Source: Micromonosporaceae bacterium (lineage in GTDB: Bacteria > Actinomycetota > Actinomycetes > Mycobacteriales > Micromonosporaceae). Taken from it: a stretch of DNA of 64,000 bases. The position numbers were made by a program, and so were the translations under genes. The DNA lies in the NCBI GenBank assembly GCA_036381835.1, contig DASVCA010000025.1, positions 8,397-72,396 of the forward strand, in the 5' to 3' direction. The notes beneath the pieces were generated by a model. That model searched no databases. It worked only from the letters and a program-made list of their open reading frames with translations, and was not told the origin of the DNA. Shown one piece after another: positions 9,262-18,948 of the stretch. Numbering within the stretch: the first letter of the stretch is position 1; every line of letters starts with the position of its first letter.

Positions 9262-9798
9262 ATGCGCCGTACCCTCAGCATCGCCGCGTTGACCGCCGTC
9301 TTGTTGACCTCCGCCTGCGCCGGGGAGCGGGCCGACATCGCCGACGTCACCCCGGGTGGCACGCCCACCTCGTCGGCTGCCCCGACGCCCAGCCCGATCG
9401 TCGAGGCGGGCGCCACCGTCTCACCCGGTACGGATGCCGCCCCCTCACCTACCACCTCGGCTGCCGACAACTCCGCTCAGGTGTGCGCGGCCGCTCAGCA
9501 GATCAGCAACGAGTCCGCGATCGCCTTCGTCAGCGAGCTGACCCAATCGTTGACCGCGGCGAGTCAGGGCGACACTGCGGCGGCGGAGGCGGCGCGAGGG
9601 CGTGCCGACGCGGCTCTCGGCCGTTGGGCCATCGGGTTGCGCGAGCGCGCCGCTGAGGCGACGGATGAGCGGTTGCGGGCCTTGCTGACCGAGATCGCGG
9701 CCGAGGTGGATCGCATGGAGCCGTCCGTTGAGTCGGTGGACGCGGTGAAGCTGGACGAACTGCAGCAGCGTCTTGAACGGCTGTGCACGACGGGCTGA
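9262..9798 (+). CDS. hypothetical lipoprotein
   Basis: Signal peptide with lipobox LLTSAC. The ATG at 9262 follows GGAGGA. No recognisable domain. Confidence 0.6.
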   Translation: MRRTLSIAALTAVLLTSACAGERADIADVTPGGTPTSSAAPTPSPIVEAGATVSPGTDAAPSPTTSAADNSAQVCAAAQQISNESAIAFVSELTQSLTAASQGDTAAAEAARGRADAALGRWAIGLRERAAEATDERLRALLTEIAAEVDRMEPSVESVDAVKLDELQQRLERLCTTG

Positions 9799-10008
9799 CG
9801 TCGCGGCGCGCGAATGCCGGACCCGGTTTGGGTGCGACGGCGTTGATGTCGTAGTCTTGCCTGCGGCGCACCTTCCGGTGCGTTGGGTTCCCGTGTGCCC
9901 GCCCGCTGCGATCGCAGCGTTCCGCTCCGGCCATCGATGGCCGGGCGGAGGGCGAGCCGTCGCGAACACCACCCGCCAGCAGCCTCAATGACAGGGAGTC
10001 CCCGTCCG

Positions 10009-10323
10009 ATGTACGCGATCGTCAAAACCGGCGGCAAGCAGTACAAGGTCGCCGAGGGCGACGTGATCGAGGTCGAGAAGCTCGCGGGCGCCCCCGGCGA
10101 CGCAGTCAAGCTTCCCGCGGTGCTGCTCGTCGACGGTGGCGACCTGGTGACCGACGCTGCTCAGCTCGCTAAGGTAGAGGTGTCCGGCGAGATCGCCGCG
10201 CACGTCAAGGGCCCGAAGATCCGGATCCACAAGTTCAAGAACAAGACCGGCTACCACAAGCGCCAGGGTCACCGCCAGTTGCTGACCCGAGTCAAGGTGA
10301 CCGGTATCTCCAGCGGGAAGTAG
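10009..10323 (+). CDS. rplU: 50S ribosomal protein L21
   Basis: [25 protein letters not shown]... The ATG at 10009 follows AGGGAG. The track ORF start at 9883 is an upstream extension. Confidence 0.95.
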   Translation: MYAIVKTGGKQYKVAEGDVIEVEKLAGAPGDAVKLPAVLLVDGGDLVTDAAQLAKVEVSGEIAAHVKGPKIRIHKFKNKTGYHKRQGHRQLLTRVKVTGISSGK

Positions 10324-10331
10324 GCGTCAAG

Positions 10332-10589
10332 ATGGCTCACAAAAAGGGTGCGTCCAGCTCGCGTAACGGTCGCGATTCCGCGGCTAAGCGGCTCGGCGTG
10401 AAGCGGTTCGGTGGGCAGGTCGTCAACGCCGGCGAGATCCTGGTCCGGCAGCGCGGCACGAAGTGGCACCCGGGCAACCTGGTCGGGCGGGGCGGCGACG
10501 ACACCCTCTTCGCGTTGGCCGCCGGGGCCGTGCAGTTCGGCACCAAGCGTGGCCGCAAGGTCGTCAACATCGTGCCGACACAGCAGTAG
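10332..10589 (+). CDS. rpmA: 50S ribosomal protein L27
   Basis: [29 protein letters not shown]... is the canonical L27 N-terminus. Confidence 0.97.
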   Translation: MAHKKGASSSRNGRDSAAKRLGVKRFGGQVVNAGEILVRQRGTKWHPGNLVGRGGDDTLFALAAGAVQFGTKRGRKVVNIVPTQQ

Positions 10590-10598
10590 CGTCGTTCT

Positions 10599-10643
10599 GC
10601 GAAACGGGCCGGGAAGATTGTCCCGGCCCGTTTCGCCGTTTTC
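10599..10643 (+). terminator. intrinsic terminator/attenuator between rpmA and obg
   Basis: 15-bp perfect stem GCGAAACGGGCCGGG / CCCGGCCCGTTTCGC with 8-nt loop, followed by CGTTTTC. Confidence 0.7.
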
Positions 10644-10691
10644 GGGCCCGACCGGCCGGCAGGCTGGGTACGCGGTGGAAGGATCGGTGGC

Positions 10692-12149
10692 ATGACCACG
10701 TTCGTGGACCGGGTCGTCCTGCACGTGCAGGCCGGTGATGGCGGACACGGCTGCGTGTCGATCCACCGGGAGAAGTACAAGCCGCTCGGCGGCCCGGACG
10801 GCGGCAACGGCGGCCGTGGTGGCAGCGTCCGCCTGGTCGTCGACCCACAGGTGCACACCCTGCTGGACTTCCGGTTCCGTCCCCACGTCAAGGCCGAGAA
10901 CGGCCGCAGCGGCGCCGGATCGCACCGCAACGGTGCCGACGGTGAGGATCTGGTCCTCAAGGTGCCCGACGGCACGGTGGTGCAGACCCTCGACGGCGAG
11001 GTGCTGGCCGATCTGGTCGGGGCGGGCACCGCCTTCGAGCTCGCCCGCGGCGGCCGGGGCGGGCGGGGCAACGCGGCGCTGGCCAATGCTCGCCGCAAAG
11101 CCCCCGGGTTCGCCGAACTGGGTGAGCCCGGCGAGCGCCGCGATGTGGTGCTGGAACTGAAGACCGTCGCCGACGTCGGCCTCGTCGGATTCCCTTCGGC
11201 CGGCAAGTCCTCGCTGATCTCGGTGCTGTCGGCGGCCCGACCGAAGATCGCCGATTACCCGTTCACCACGCTCGTACCCAACCTCGGCGTGGTCCGGGTG
11301 GACGATCACACCTTCACCATCGCCGACGTGCCCGGCCTCATTCCGGGTGCCGCGCTCGGCAAGGGTCTGGGCCTGGAGTTCCTGCGCCACATCGAACGCT
11401 GTTCGGTGCTCGTCCACGTGGTCGACACCGCGGCGCTGGAGACCGATCGGGACCCGCTCGGCGACATCGACGCGATCGAGGCCGAGCTCGCCGCGTACGG
11501 GGGATTGGCGGATCGACCTCGACTGGTCGCCCTGAACAAGGTGGATGTGCCGGACGGCCGTGAGCTGGCCGAGATCGTCCGGCCGGAGATCGAGGCCCGT
11601 GGCCTGCCGGTCTTCGAGGTGTCGGCGGTGACCCGGGAGGGCCTGCGTGAGCTGGCCTATGCGATGGCGGAGTTGGTCGAACGGGCCCGGGCCGCCGCGC
11701 CGCCGCCGGAGCCGACCCGGATCGTGCTGCGCCCGCCGGCCGTGGACGACACCGGTTTCCGGATCGAGCAGGCCGCCGACGGTGCGTTCGTGGTGCACGG
11801 CGCGCGGCCCGAGCGCTGGGTCCGCCAGACCAACTTCGACAACGACGAGGCGGTCGGCTACCTGGCGGACCGGCTGGCCCGGCTCGGGGTGGAGGAAGAA
11901 CTCGTCAAGGCGGGCGCGGAACCGGGCAGCCTCGTGCGTATCGCCGGCCGGGAGTTCGACTGGCAACCTGCCCATTACGCCGACGTCGAATACGTGCCCG
12001 CCATACGAGGCCGGGACGTGCGGCTGGAGGAGAAGCCGCGCCGGGCGACGGCCGCCGAGCGGCTTGCCGCCCGGCGGGCCCGCCGTCAGCCGCAGCCGGA
12101 CGAGCCCGCGGGCGACGAATCCGCAGACGAGCCGGCCACGGAGACCTGA
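10692..12149 (+). CDS. obg: GTPase Obg/CgtA
   Basis: Glycine-rich Obg fold ([33 protein letters not shown]), G-domain motifs ([17 protein letters not shown]) and a C-terminal TGS-like extension. Confidence 0.95.
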   Translation: MTTFVDRVVLHVQAGDGGHGCVSIHREKYKPLGGPDGGNGGRGGSVRLVVDPQVHTLLDFRFRPHVKAENGRSGAGSHRNGADGEDLVLKVPDGTVVQTLDGEVLADLVGAGTAFELARGGRGGRGNAALANARRKAPGFAELGEPGERRDVVLELKTVADVGLVGFPSAGKSSLISVLSAARPKIADYPFTTLVPNLGVVRVDDHTFTIADVPGLIPGAALGKGLGLEFLRHIERCSVLVHVVDTAALETDRDPLGDIDAIEAELAAYGGLADRPRLVALNKVDVPDGRELAEIVRPEIEARGLPVFEVSAVTREGLRELAYAMAELVERARAAAPPPEPTRIVLRPPAVDDTGFRIEQAADGAFVVHGARPERWVRQTNFDNDEAVGYLADRLARLGVEEELVKAGAEPGSLVRIAGREFDWQPAHYADVEYVPAIRGRDVRLEEKPRRATAAERLAARRARRQPQPDEPAGDESADEPATET

Positions 12150-12153
12150 ACGT

Positions 12154-13188
12154 TCAGCCGAGCAGCCCGATGGCCTGCTTCGCGCGGCGTACCGTGTCGG
12201 CGGCCCGCTCCCGGGCGCGGTCGGCGCCGTCGGCCAGCACTCGCCGGACGTGCCCCGGGTCCCGGGCCAGTTCCACGTAACGCTCCTGGATCGGGCGCAG
12301 CGTCGTCACCACCGCTTCGACGACCGCCTGCTTCAATGTCGCATAGGACGGGAAGTCGTCGGCCAACGCCGCCGGTGACCGACCGACGCACGCGCCGAGG
12401 ATCTCCAGCAGATTCGCCACCCCGGGTCGGGTGTCCGGTTGGTAGACGACATCGTCGGCCGAATCGGTCACCGCCCGCATCACCTTTTGCCGGATCGCAT
12501 CGGGCGAGTCGAGCAGGCCGATGCGTCCGGCGTCACTGCGGCTGGATTTGCTCATCTTCACGGTCGGATCCGCCAGATGCATCACCCGGGCGGCGACCGG
12601 CGGATGAACCGCGCGGGGCACCACGAACGTGGTCCCGTACCGGGCGTTGAAGCGCGACGCCACGTCCCGAGCCAACTCGACGTGCTGGCGTTGATCTTCG
12701 CCTACCGGCACCTCCCGAGCGTCGTGCAGCAGAATGTCGGCGGCCATCAGCACCGGGTAGGTCAGCAGGCTGAGCCGGATGTGCTGCTGGGTGGTGGACT
12801 TCTCCTTGAATTGGATCATCCGGTGCGCCTCGCCGTAGCCGGTGGCGCATTCGAGCAGGTAGTGCAGTTCGGCGTGGGAGGGTACCTGTGACTGGACGTA
12901 GCAGAGCGTCCGTTCGGGGTCGAGCCCGGCGGCGAGCAGGAGCGTCGCCTGCTCCAGGGTGCGGGCGCGGACCAGGGCGGGTTCGTGTTCGACGGTCAGC
13001 GCGTGCAGGTCGCTGAGGAAGACGATCGTCTCTGCGACGTGCTGTCCGGCGAGAATGGGGCGGATCGCGGCGAGCAGGCTGCCGAGGTGCAGTGGGCCGC
13101 TCGGGGTGAATCCGGTGAGTCGGCGCGCCGCTTCGGAACCGACCTCGCGGCGGCGTAGGTCGGGGGCGGAGGTGGCGGTGGTGCTCAT
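12154..13188 (-). CDS. trpS: tryptophan--tRNA ligase
   Basis: HIGH-like PLHLGS, KMSKS, and the TrpRS-typical ASRFNARYG block. The ATG at 13188 follows GAGGAG. Confidence 0.9.
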   Translation of the reverse strand: MSTTATSAPDLRRREVGSEAARRLTGFTPSGPLHLGSLLAAIRPILAGQHVAETIVFLSDLHALTVEHEPALVRARTLEQATLLLAAGLDPERTLCYVQSQVPSHAELHYLLECATGYGEAHRMIQFKEKSTTQQHIRLSLLTYPVLMAADILLHDAREVPVGEDQRQHVELARDVASRFNARYGTTFVVPRAVHPPVAARVMHLADPTVKMSKSSRSDAGRIGLLDSPDAIRQKVMRAVTDSADDVVYQPDTRPGVANLLEILGACVGRSPAALADDFPSYATLKQAVVEAVVTTLRPIQERYVELARDPGHVRRVLADGADRARERAADTVRRAKQAIGLLG

Positions 13189-13243
13189 TCGAGGTCTCCT
13201 CTGGCTCCGCAGAACCGCCCGGACACCGGAAGCCCGCAACGCC

Positions 13244-13271
13244 GACGGCCGCCCGGGTCGGGGCGGCCGTC
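13244..13271 (-). terminator. attenuator terminator hairpin in the trpS leader
   Basis: On the minus-strand RNA: GACGGCCGCCC-CGACCC-GGGCGGCCGUC, an 11-bp stem located 56 nt upstream of the trpS ATG. Confidence 0.55.
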
Positions 13272-13311
13272 TTGTGATCTCGGGATGCGCGGATGCGTGG
13301 TGGGCCGCCCG

Positions 13312-13341
13312 TCAGGCGCGCCACCAGTCGTTGCTCGTCAT
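13312..13341 (-). CDS. candidate trpS leader peptide MTSNDWWRA
   Basis: ATG ACG AGC AAC GAC TGG TGG CGC GCC TGA, with tandem Trp codons embedded in alternative RNA pairings (see findings). Confidence 0.5.
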   Translation of the reverse strand: MTSNDWWRA

Positions 13342-13463
13342 CCGCACCCGCCCAACCTAGCACCCGGATGCGATGCCGGATCCGGGCGCCCGGCATGTTC
13401 GTCGATCCCGGGGAGAGGTTCGCGGGATCGCGACGACGTGGCGGGATCGGGCAGGATGGGCGG

Positions 13464-15992
13464 ATGCCGAGCCTGACCCGCGCCGAAGCCGTCGAACGCG
13501 CCGCCCTGATCATCGTCGACTCGTACGAGATCGATCTCGATCTGACCGGCTCGGGCGATCGGTTCCGCGCGCGGACCGTCATCCGGTTCCGGGCCCGCCC
13601 GGGTGCGGCCACATTCGTCGAGATCCGCCCCGCGCGGCTGGTCACGGCCCGGCTCAACGGCCAGGAGCTGGACCCGGCCACGCTCGCCGACAATCGGCTG
13701 CCGCTGATCGGGCTGCGGGACGCGAACGTGCTGACCGTTGACGCGCAGATGGCGTACTCGAACACGGGGGAGGGGCTGCACCGGTTCACCGACCCGGCCG
13801 ACGGTGAGACGTACCTGTACGCGATGTCCTTCCTCGACAACGCGCAGCGGATCTTCGCCTGTTTCGACCAGCCGGACCTGAAGGCGCCGGTCACCCTCTC
13901 GGTGGCCGCACCAACCGCTTGGACCGTGGCCGCGAACGGTCGACTCGGGAGGACACCGGCACCGGGGCGCTGGGAGTTCGCGGCGACCGCTCCGCTGGCG
14001 ACCTATTTCGTGTCGCTGATCGCGGGCCCCTACCACGTCCGACGGCACGAGCATGACGGGTTGCCGCTCGCCGTCTACTGTCGCCGGTCCTTGGCCGCTC
14101 ACCTGGATAAGGACGCCGACGAGCTGTTCACCGTGACCGCACAGTGCCTGGACCGGTTCCACGAACTGTTCGAGGTGCGCTATCCGTTCGAGAAGTACGA
14201 CCAGGCGTTCGTACCCGAATTCAACGCCGGCGCGATGGAGAATCCCGGCCTGGTGACCATCCGGGACGACTACGTGTTCCGCGCCGCGGTCACGGACACC
14301 GAGCGTGAACTGCGGGCCACCACGATCGCCCACGAGATGGCGCACATGTGGTTCGGCGACCTGGTCACCATGCGCTGGTGGGACGACCTGTGGCTGAACG
14401 AGTCGTTCGCCGAGTACCTCGGGGTCCGGGTGACCGCCGAGGCGACCCGGTTCGAGCGCGCCTGGACCACCTTCGGCATGCGGCGTAAAGCCTGGGGGTA
14501 CGCGGCCGACCAGCGCCCGTCCACCCATCCGGTCGCACCGGAGGAGGTGGCGGATGCGGCGCAGGCGCTGCTCAACTTCGACGGCATCTCCTACGCCAAG
14601 GGTGCGGCCGTGCTGCGCCAACTGGTGGCCTGGGTGGGCGATGAGGCCTTCTTCGCCGGACTGAGCGCCTACTTCGCGGCACACCGGTTCGGCAACGCCA
14701 CCTTGGCGGACCTGCTGGCGGAGCTGTCCAAGGCGAGCGGGCGGAACCTGATCGACTGGGCCCGGGTGTGGCTGCGGGAGGCACAGGTCAACACGGTGCG
14801 GGCGGAGGCCCGCGTCGATGACGCGGGGCGGTACACCGAGGTGGCCCTCGTGCAGAGCGCGCCCGCGACCCATCCGGTGCTGCGCCCGCACCGAATCGGC
14901 ATCGGCCTCTACGACCGATCCGATGCGCGGCTTCGGCTTCGTCGACGCGTCGTGGTCGATCTCGAGCCGGCCGCAGACGGGGGACGGACCGTGGTGGCGG
15001 AACTGGCCGGCGACCCGGCCGCCACGCTGCTGCTACCCAATGACGGCGACCTGACCTTCGCCAAGGTACGCCTCGACCCGCAGTCGGTACGCGCCCTGCC
15101 GAAGGTCATGTCCGGCCTCGACGACCCATTGGCACGGGCGGTGCTCTGGGGGGAGACGATCGATGCGGTCACCGATGGCGAACGACCGGTGACCGACCTG
15201 GTGACGCTGATCGAGGCGGCGCTGATCGCCGAGTCGGAGCTCATCGTGGTGGAGGACGTGCTTCGGCTCACGCTCGGACTCATCGACCGGTACCTGCCGG
15301 CGGATGCCCGCCGGGCAGCCCGCGTCCGGATCGCCCGGACCTGCGAGCGGCTACTGGAGTCCGCCCGGCCCGGCGGTTCGATGCAGCTCACCGCGGCCCG
15401 CGGGTTGGTCCGGGCCAGCGTCGAGGCGGAGCTGCTGATGCGATGGCTCAACGGTGTCGAGGTGCCGCCGGGGCTCGCGGTCGACGTCGACTTCCGCTGG
15501 GTTCTGCTGCAGCGGTTGGCGGTGCTCGGCGCGGTCGGTGCCGCGGAGATCGACGCCGAATCGGCGGCCGATCGTAGTGCCGCTGGGGCGGAGAAGGCCG
15601 CCTGGTGCCGGGCGGCGCTGCCGTCGTCGGAGGGCAAGCAGCGCGCCTGGCAGGTGATCGTGGCGGACACGTCGCTGTCGAACCGTCTGGTCGAGGCCCA
15701 TGCCGCCGGTTTCTGGCAGCCGGAGCAGGAGGAGTTGACCGCCGGGTACGTGGAGCGGTACTTCGCCGAAATGCCGGCGGCAGCGAAGCTGCGTAGCGCG
15801 TGGGTGGCGGAGCAGGTCGCGGCATTGGCGTATCCGCGCTATGCGGTGGCGCCGCGGACCCGGGAACTGGCGGCGGCGCTGCTGGCTCGGGACGACCTGG
15901 AGCCGGGTCTGCGCCGGGTGGTCGCCGACGCGGACGACGATCTGCGCCGAGCGCTGACGGCACGAGCGGCCTTCCCGACGGCGCGGGGGTGA
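13464..15992 (+). CDS. pepN: aminopeptidase N (M1 family)
   Basis: GAMEN exopeptidase motif and the [13 protein letters not shown]...WLNESFAEY zinc motif (HEXXH-X18-E). The ATG at 13464 gives a typical length. Confidence 0.92.
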   Translation: MPSLTRAEAVERAALIIVDSYEIDLDLTGSGDRFRARTVIRFRARPGAATFVEIRPARLVTARLNGQELDPATLADNRLPLIGLRDANVLTVDAQMAYSNTGEGLHRFTDPADGETYLYAMSFLDNAQRIFACFDQPDLKAPVTLSVAAPTAWTVAANGRLGRTPAPGRWEFAATAPLATYFVSLIAGPYHVRRHEHDGLPLAVYCRRSLAAHLDKDADELFTVTAQCLDRFHELFEVRYPFEKYDQAFVPEFNAGAMENPGLVTIRDDYVFRAAVTDTERELRATTIAHEMAHMWFGDLVTMRWWDDLWLNESFAEYLGVRVTAEATRFERAWTTFGMRRKAWGYAADQRPSTHPVAPEEVADAAQALLNFDGISYAKGAAVLRQLVAWVGDEAFFAGLSAYFAAHRFGNATLADLLAELSKASGRNLIDWARVWLREAQVNTVRAEARVDDAGRYTEVALVQSAPATHPVLRPHRIGIGLYDRSDARLRLRRRVVVDLEPAADGGRTVVAELAGDPAATLLLPNDGDLTFAKVRLDPQSVRALPKVMSGLDDPLARAVLWGETIDAVTDGERPVTDLVTLIEAALIAESELIVVEDVLRLTLGLIDRYLPADARRAARVRIARTCERLLESARPGGSMQLTAARGLVRASVEAELLMRWLNGVEVPPGLAVDVDFRWVLLQRLAVLGAVGAAEIDAESAADRSAAGAEKAAWCRAALPSSEGKQRAWQVIVADTSLSNRLVEAHAAGFWQPEQEELTAGYVERYFAEMPAAAKLRSAWVAEQVAALAYPRYAVAPRTRELAAALLARDDLEPGLRRVVADADDDLRRALTARAAFPTARG

Positions 15993-16053
15993 GGTTCGGG
16001 TGCCGGCGCTGGGACCGGGCGAGCCCGCGGCCGCATCGACCTATGATCATCGG

Positions 16054-16650
16054 GTGGCGGAAGACGTTCGGCGTATCGGGGTCATGGGTGGCACCTTCGA
16101 TCCCATTCACCACGGCCACCTCGTGGCGGCCAACGAGGTCGCCGACCGATTCGGGCTCGACGAGGTCGTGTTCGTGCCGACCGGCCAGCCGTGGCAGAAG
16201 GAGGCCAGCTCGGTCAGTCCGGCCGAGGACCGTTACCTCATGACGGTCATCGCCACCGCGTCCAATCCTCGTTTCCAGGTCAGCCGGGTCGACATCGATC
16301 GTGACGGCCCGACGTACACGGTGGACACGCTGCGGGATCTGCGTACCGCGTACGGCGCGAAGGCGCAGCTGTTCTTCATCACCGGCGCCGACGCGTTGGC
16401 GAAGATCCTCTCGTGGAAGAACACCGAGGAGATGTTCGGGCTCGCGCACTTCATCGGCGTGACCCGGCCGGGCTTCACGTTGTCGGCCGCGCATCTGCCG
16501 GCCGATGCTGTCAGTCTGATCCAGGTTCCGGCGATGGCGATCTCGTCTACCGACTGTCGGGCCAGGGTCGCCGCTGGGAAGCCGATCTGGTATCTGGTTC
16601 CGGACGGGGTGGTGCAGTACATCGCCAAACGGCGGTTGTATCTGCCGTGA
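16054..16650 (+). CDS. nadD: nicotinate-nucleotide adenylyltransferase
   Basis: [15 protein letters not shown] nucleotidyltransferase motif. The start is ambiguous between the GTG at 16054 and the GTG at 16000. Confidence 0.9.
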   Translation: MAEDVRRIGVMGGTFDPIHHGHLVAANEVADRFGLDEVVFVPTGQPWQKEASSVSPAEDRYLMTVIATASNPRFQVSRVDIDRDGPTYTVDTLRDLRTAYGAKAQLFFITGADALAKILSWKNTEEMFGLAHFIGVTRPGFTLSAAHLPADAVSLIQVPAMAISSTDCRARVAAGKPIWYLVPDGVVQYIAKRRLYLP

Positions 16651-16748
16651 GACGAGATGCGGCAACCCCTCGTGGGGTTTGATTGCCGACTCCGATCCGG
16701 TGGCCGTGTGAGACGCTAGAAGCCGCGAGAGTTGATCGAAGGAGAACG

Positions 16749-17147
16749 GTGGCAGCTTCCGAACGGGCCCGCGAGCTGGCGTTGGCCGCCGCCCAGGCGG
16801 CGGCGGACAAGAAGGCGCAGGACGTCGTCCTCATCGATGTGGCGGACCAGCTCGTCATCACCGACGTGTTCCTCCTCGCCTCGGCACCGAACGAGCGTCA
16901 GGTCCTCGCCATCGTCGACGCGATCGAGGAGCGGTTGCTCAGCCTGCCGGAGAAGGCGAAGCCGGTCCGACGCGAAGGCGAGCGTGCGGCACGCTGGGTG
17001 TTGCTCGACTACGTCGACCTGGTCGTCCACGTGCAGCACAGCGAGGAACGCGAGTACTACGCACTCGACCGGCTGTGGAAGGACTGTCCGACCATCCCCT
17101 TCGTGGACCGGAGTCTCGCCTCGACCGAGGCGGCAGCCGTGGAATGA
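16749..17147 (+). CDS. rsfS: ribosome silencing factor RsfS (iojap family)
   Basis: DVVLIDV...VITDVFLLASAPNERQV...WVLLDYVDLVVHVQ...EREYYALDRLWKD. The GTG at 16749 follows GAAGGAG. Confidence 0.9.
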   Translation: MAASERARELALAAAQAAADKKAQDVVLIDVADQLVITDVFLLASAPNERQVLAIVDAIEERLLSLPEKAKPVRREGERAARWVLLDYVDLVVHVQHSEEREYYALDRLWKDCPTIPFVDRSLASTEAAAVE

Positions 17148-17773
17148 CCAGACTGATCATCTGGCGGCACGGCAACACCGACTGGAACGCCGGTGACCGC
17201 GTACAAGGGCAGACGGACGTGCCGCTCAACGACCTCGGTCGAGAGCAGGCCGCCGCGGCCGCGCAGTTGATCGCCGACCTGCAACCGGACGCGATCGTCG
17301 CCAGCGACCTGCGGCGGGCCACCGAGACCGCTGCCACGCTGGCAGCCCTGACCGGGCTGCCGGTGCGTACCGACGCGCGCCTACGGGAGCGGTACTACGG
17401 CAAGTGGCAGGGGCTCACCATCGCCGAGGTCGCCGAACGGTATCCGGTGGAATACGCCCGCTGGCGGGAGGGCGATCCGGCACCGGGCTGTGAGATCGAA
17501 AGCCTTGAGGACGTCGGCAAGCGGGTCGCCGAGGCGGTGCAGGTGATGATCGACTCGATACCCGGAGCGACCATCGTGGTGGCCACCCACGGCGGTGCCG
17601 CCCGTCAGTGCTGCGGCCGGCTGCTCGGCTGGGGACCCGAGGTATTGCGCACGGTCGGGCCGCTGCAGAACTGCCACTGGACCGAACTGCGGCACGATGT
17701 GCGGCACGGCTGGCAGTTGCGCGCGCACAACGTCGGCGTCACCGGACAGCAGCGCGTCGCCGGCCCGTATTGA
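17144..17773 (+). CDS. histidine phosphatase family protein
   Basis: RHGNTDWN catalytic motif. Its ATG overlaps the rsfS stop (ATGA). Confidence 0.8.
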   Translation: MTRLIIWRHGNTDWNAGDRVQGQTDVPLNDLGREQAAAAAQLIADLQPDAIVASDLRRATETAATLAALTGLPVRTDARLRERYYGKWQGLTIAEVAERYPVEYARWREGDPAPGCEIESLEDVGKRVAEAVQVMIDSIPGATIVVATHGGAARQCCGRLLGWGPEVLRTVGPLQNCHWTELRHDVRHGWQLRAHNVGVTGQQRVAGPY

Positions 17774-17821
17774 GCGCAGGCTGGGTCTCCCGACGTAGCT
17801 CGTCACCCGCCGACCCCTGGT

Positions 17822-18709
17822 CTAGCGGAAATCCGACGGTGGCACGGCGGCTCGAGGCTTGGCCAGAATGTGCCGGAGGACGACGGAATAATCCTCCGAG
17901 CTCAGCCCCGCCGCGTCGGCTTCGGCGAACCACGCCTGTGCCGCCCGTGCCAGCTTGAGGTCGACGCCGGCCGCATCCGCCGCGGTGGCGATCAGATTGG
18001 CGTCCTTGTACGCGAGCGACAGCGAGAAGCGCTTCGGAGCCGCATCCTCCACGACCGGCCTACGCCGCTCCGCCTGCGCCGCCAGCGGGGTCGTGGCGAG
18101 TACCCGCCACACCGCATCGCGGGACAGGCCGAGACCGGTGCCGAGCGCGAGTGATTCGCCGATCAACCCCAGGACCCCGAGCAGCGTCGAATTGGCGACC
18201 AGCTTCGCCGACGCCCCGGAACCGGATGGCCCGAGATGAATCGGGTTTCCGAGGACCGACAACAGGGGCGTGGCGGCGTCCACGGTCGGGCCGTCGCCCC
18301 CGATGAAGATGGTCAGGGTGCCGCTCTCCGCCTCGGTGACACTGCCCAGCACCGGGGCGTCGAGGAGGGCGATCCCGTCTGACAACCGAGCGCGCAGCCA
18401 GGCGATGGCGGCGGGGCCCACCGTCGACATCTCGATCACGGTCGTGTTCGGCCGGACAGCGGCGGCGATGCCATCGGGCCCGACGGTGACCTCGTGAACC
18501 GCGATCGGATCGGCCAACATAAATATTACGAAGTCGGCGTCCCGGGCCGCGTCGGCGGGTGTGGCGGCCACCCGGGCCCCGGCTGCGGCCAGCGGCTCGG
18601 CCCGGGCGGCCGTGCGGTTCCACACGGTGACCTCGTGGCCCGCCGCAAGTAGGCGCCCGGCCATCCGCGAGCCCATCGCACCAAGCCCGATCCACGCCAC
18701 TCTGGTCAT
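17822..18709 (-). CDS. NAD(P)-dependent oxidoreductase (3-hydroxyisobutyrate / 6-phosphogluconate dehydrogenase-like)
   Basis: Rossmann motif VAWIGLGAMGSRMAGRLLAAGHEVTVWNRT. ATG at 18709. Confidence 0.8.
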   Translation of the reverse strand: MTRVAWIGLGAMGSRMAGRLLAAGHEVTVWNRTAARAEPLAAAGARVAATPADAARDADFVIFMLADPIAVHEVTVGPDGIAAAVRPNTTVIEMSTVGPAAIAWLRARLSDGIALLDAPVLGSVTEAESGTLTIFIGGDGPTVDAATPLLSVLGNPIHLGPSGSGASAKLVANSTLLGVLGLIGESLALGTGLGLSRDAVWRVLATTPLAAQAERRRPVVEDAAPKRFSLSLAYKDANLIATAADAAGVDLKLARAAQAWFAEADAAGLSSEDYSVVLRHILAKPRAAVPPSDFR

Positions 18710-18948
18710 CGTGCCGCTCCAAACTCGGTCCATCCCACAGCCCGACGGTAATCGCACGCTCAGCATCACACTGGCACACCGCCCAAGTCGGAGCATGATC
18801 GATCGGGGGTGGCGCGAGTCGCGGGCGTCTGCCGGGTCGGCTATCACGGACAGGCCGGGTTCGGCGACGATCCACAGTCCGACCGGTTGTCCACAGCGGG
18901 ACGAGACAACCGGGTGCATCGGCGGTCCAGCCGCCTAGCGTCGGCCGC

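Noticed and set aside
10269-11975. 568-aa minus-strand ORF antisense to rpmA and obg.
   Set aside because: Same antisense-shadow artefact. obg and rpmA are unambiguous.
12147-12156. Palindrome TGAACGTTCA formed by the convergent obg and trpS stop codons. The fadE and zur stops similarly abut at 52109..52114.
   Set aside because: It is a trivial consequence of TGA/TCA stops facing each other across a 4-nt or 0-nt gap. No further structure is present.
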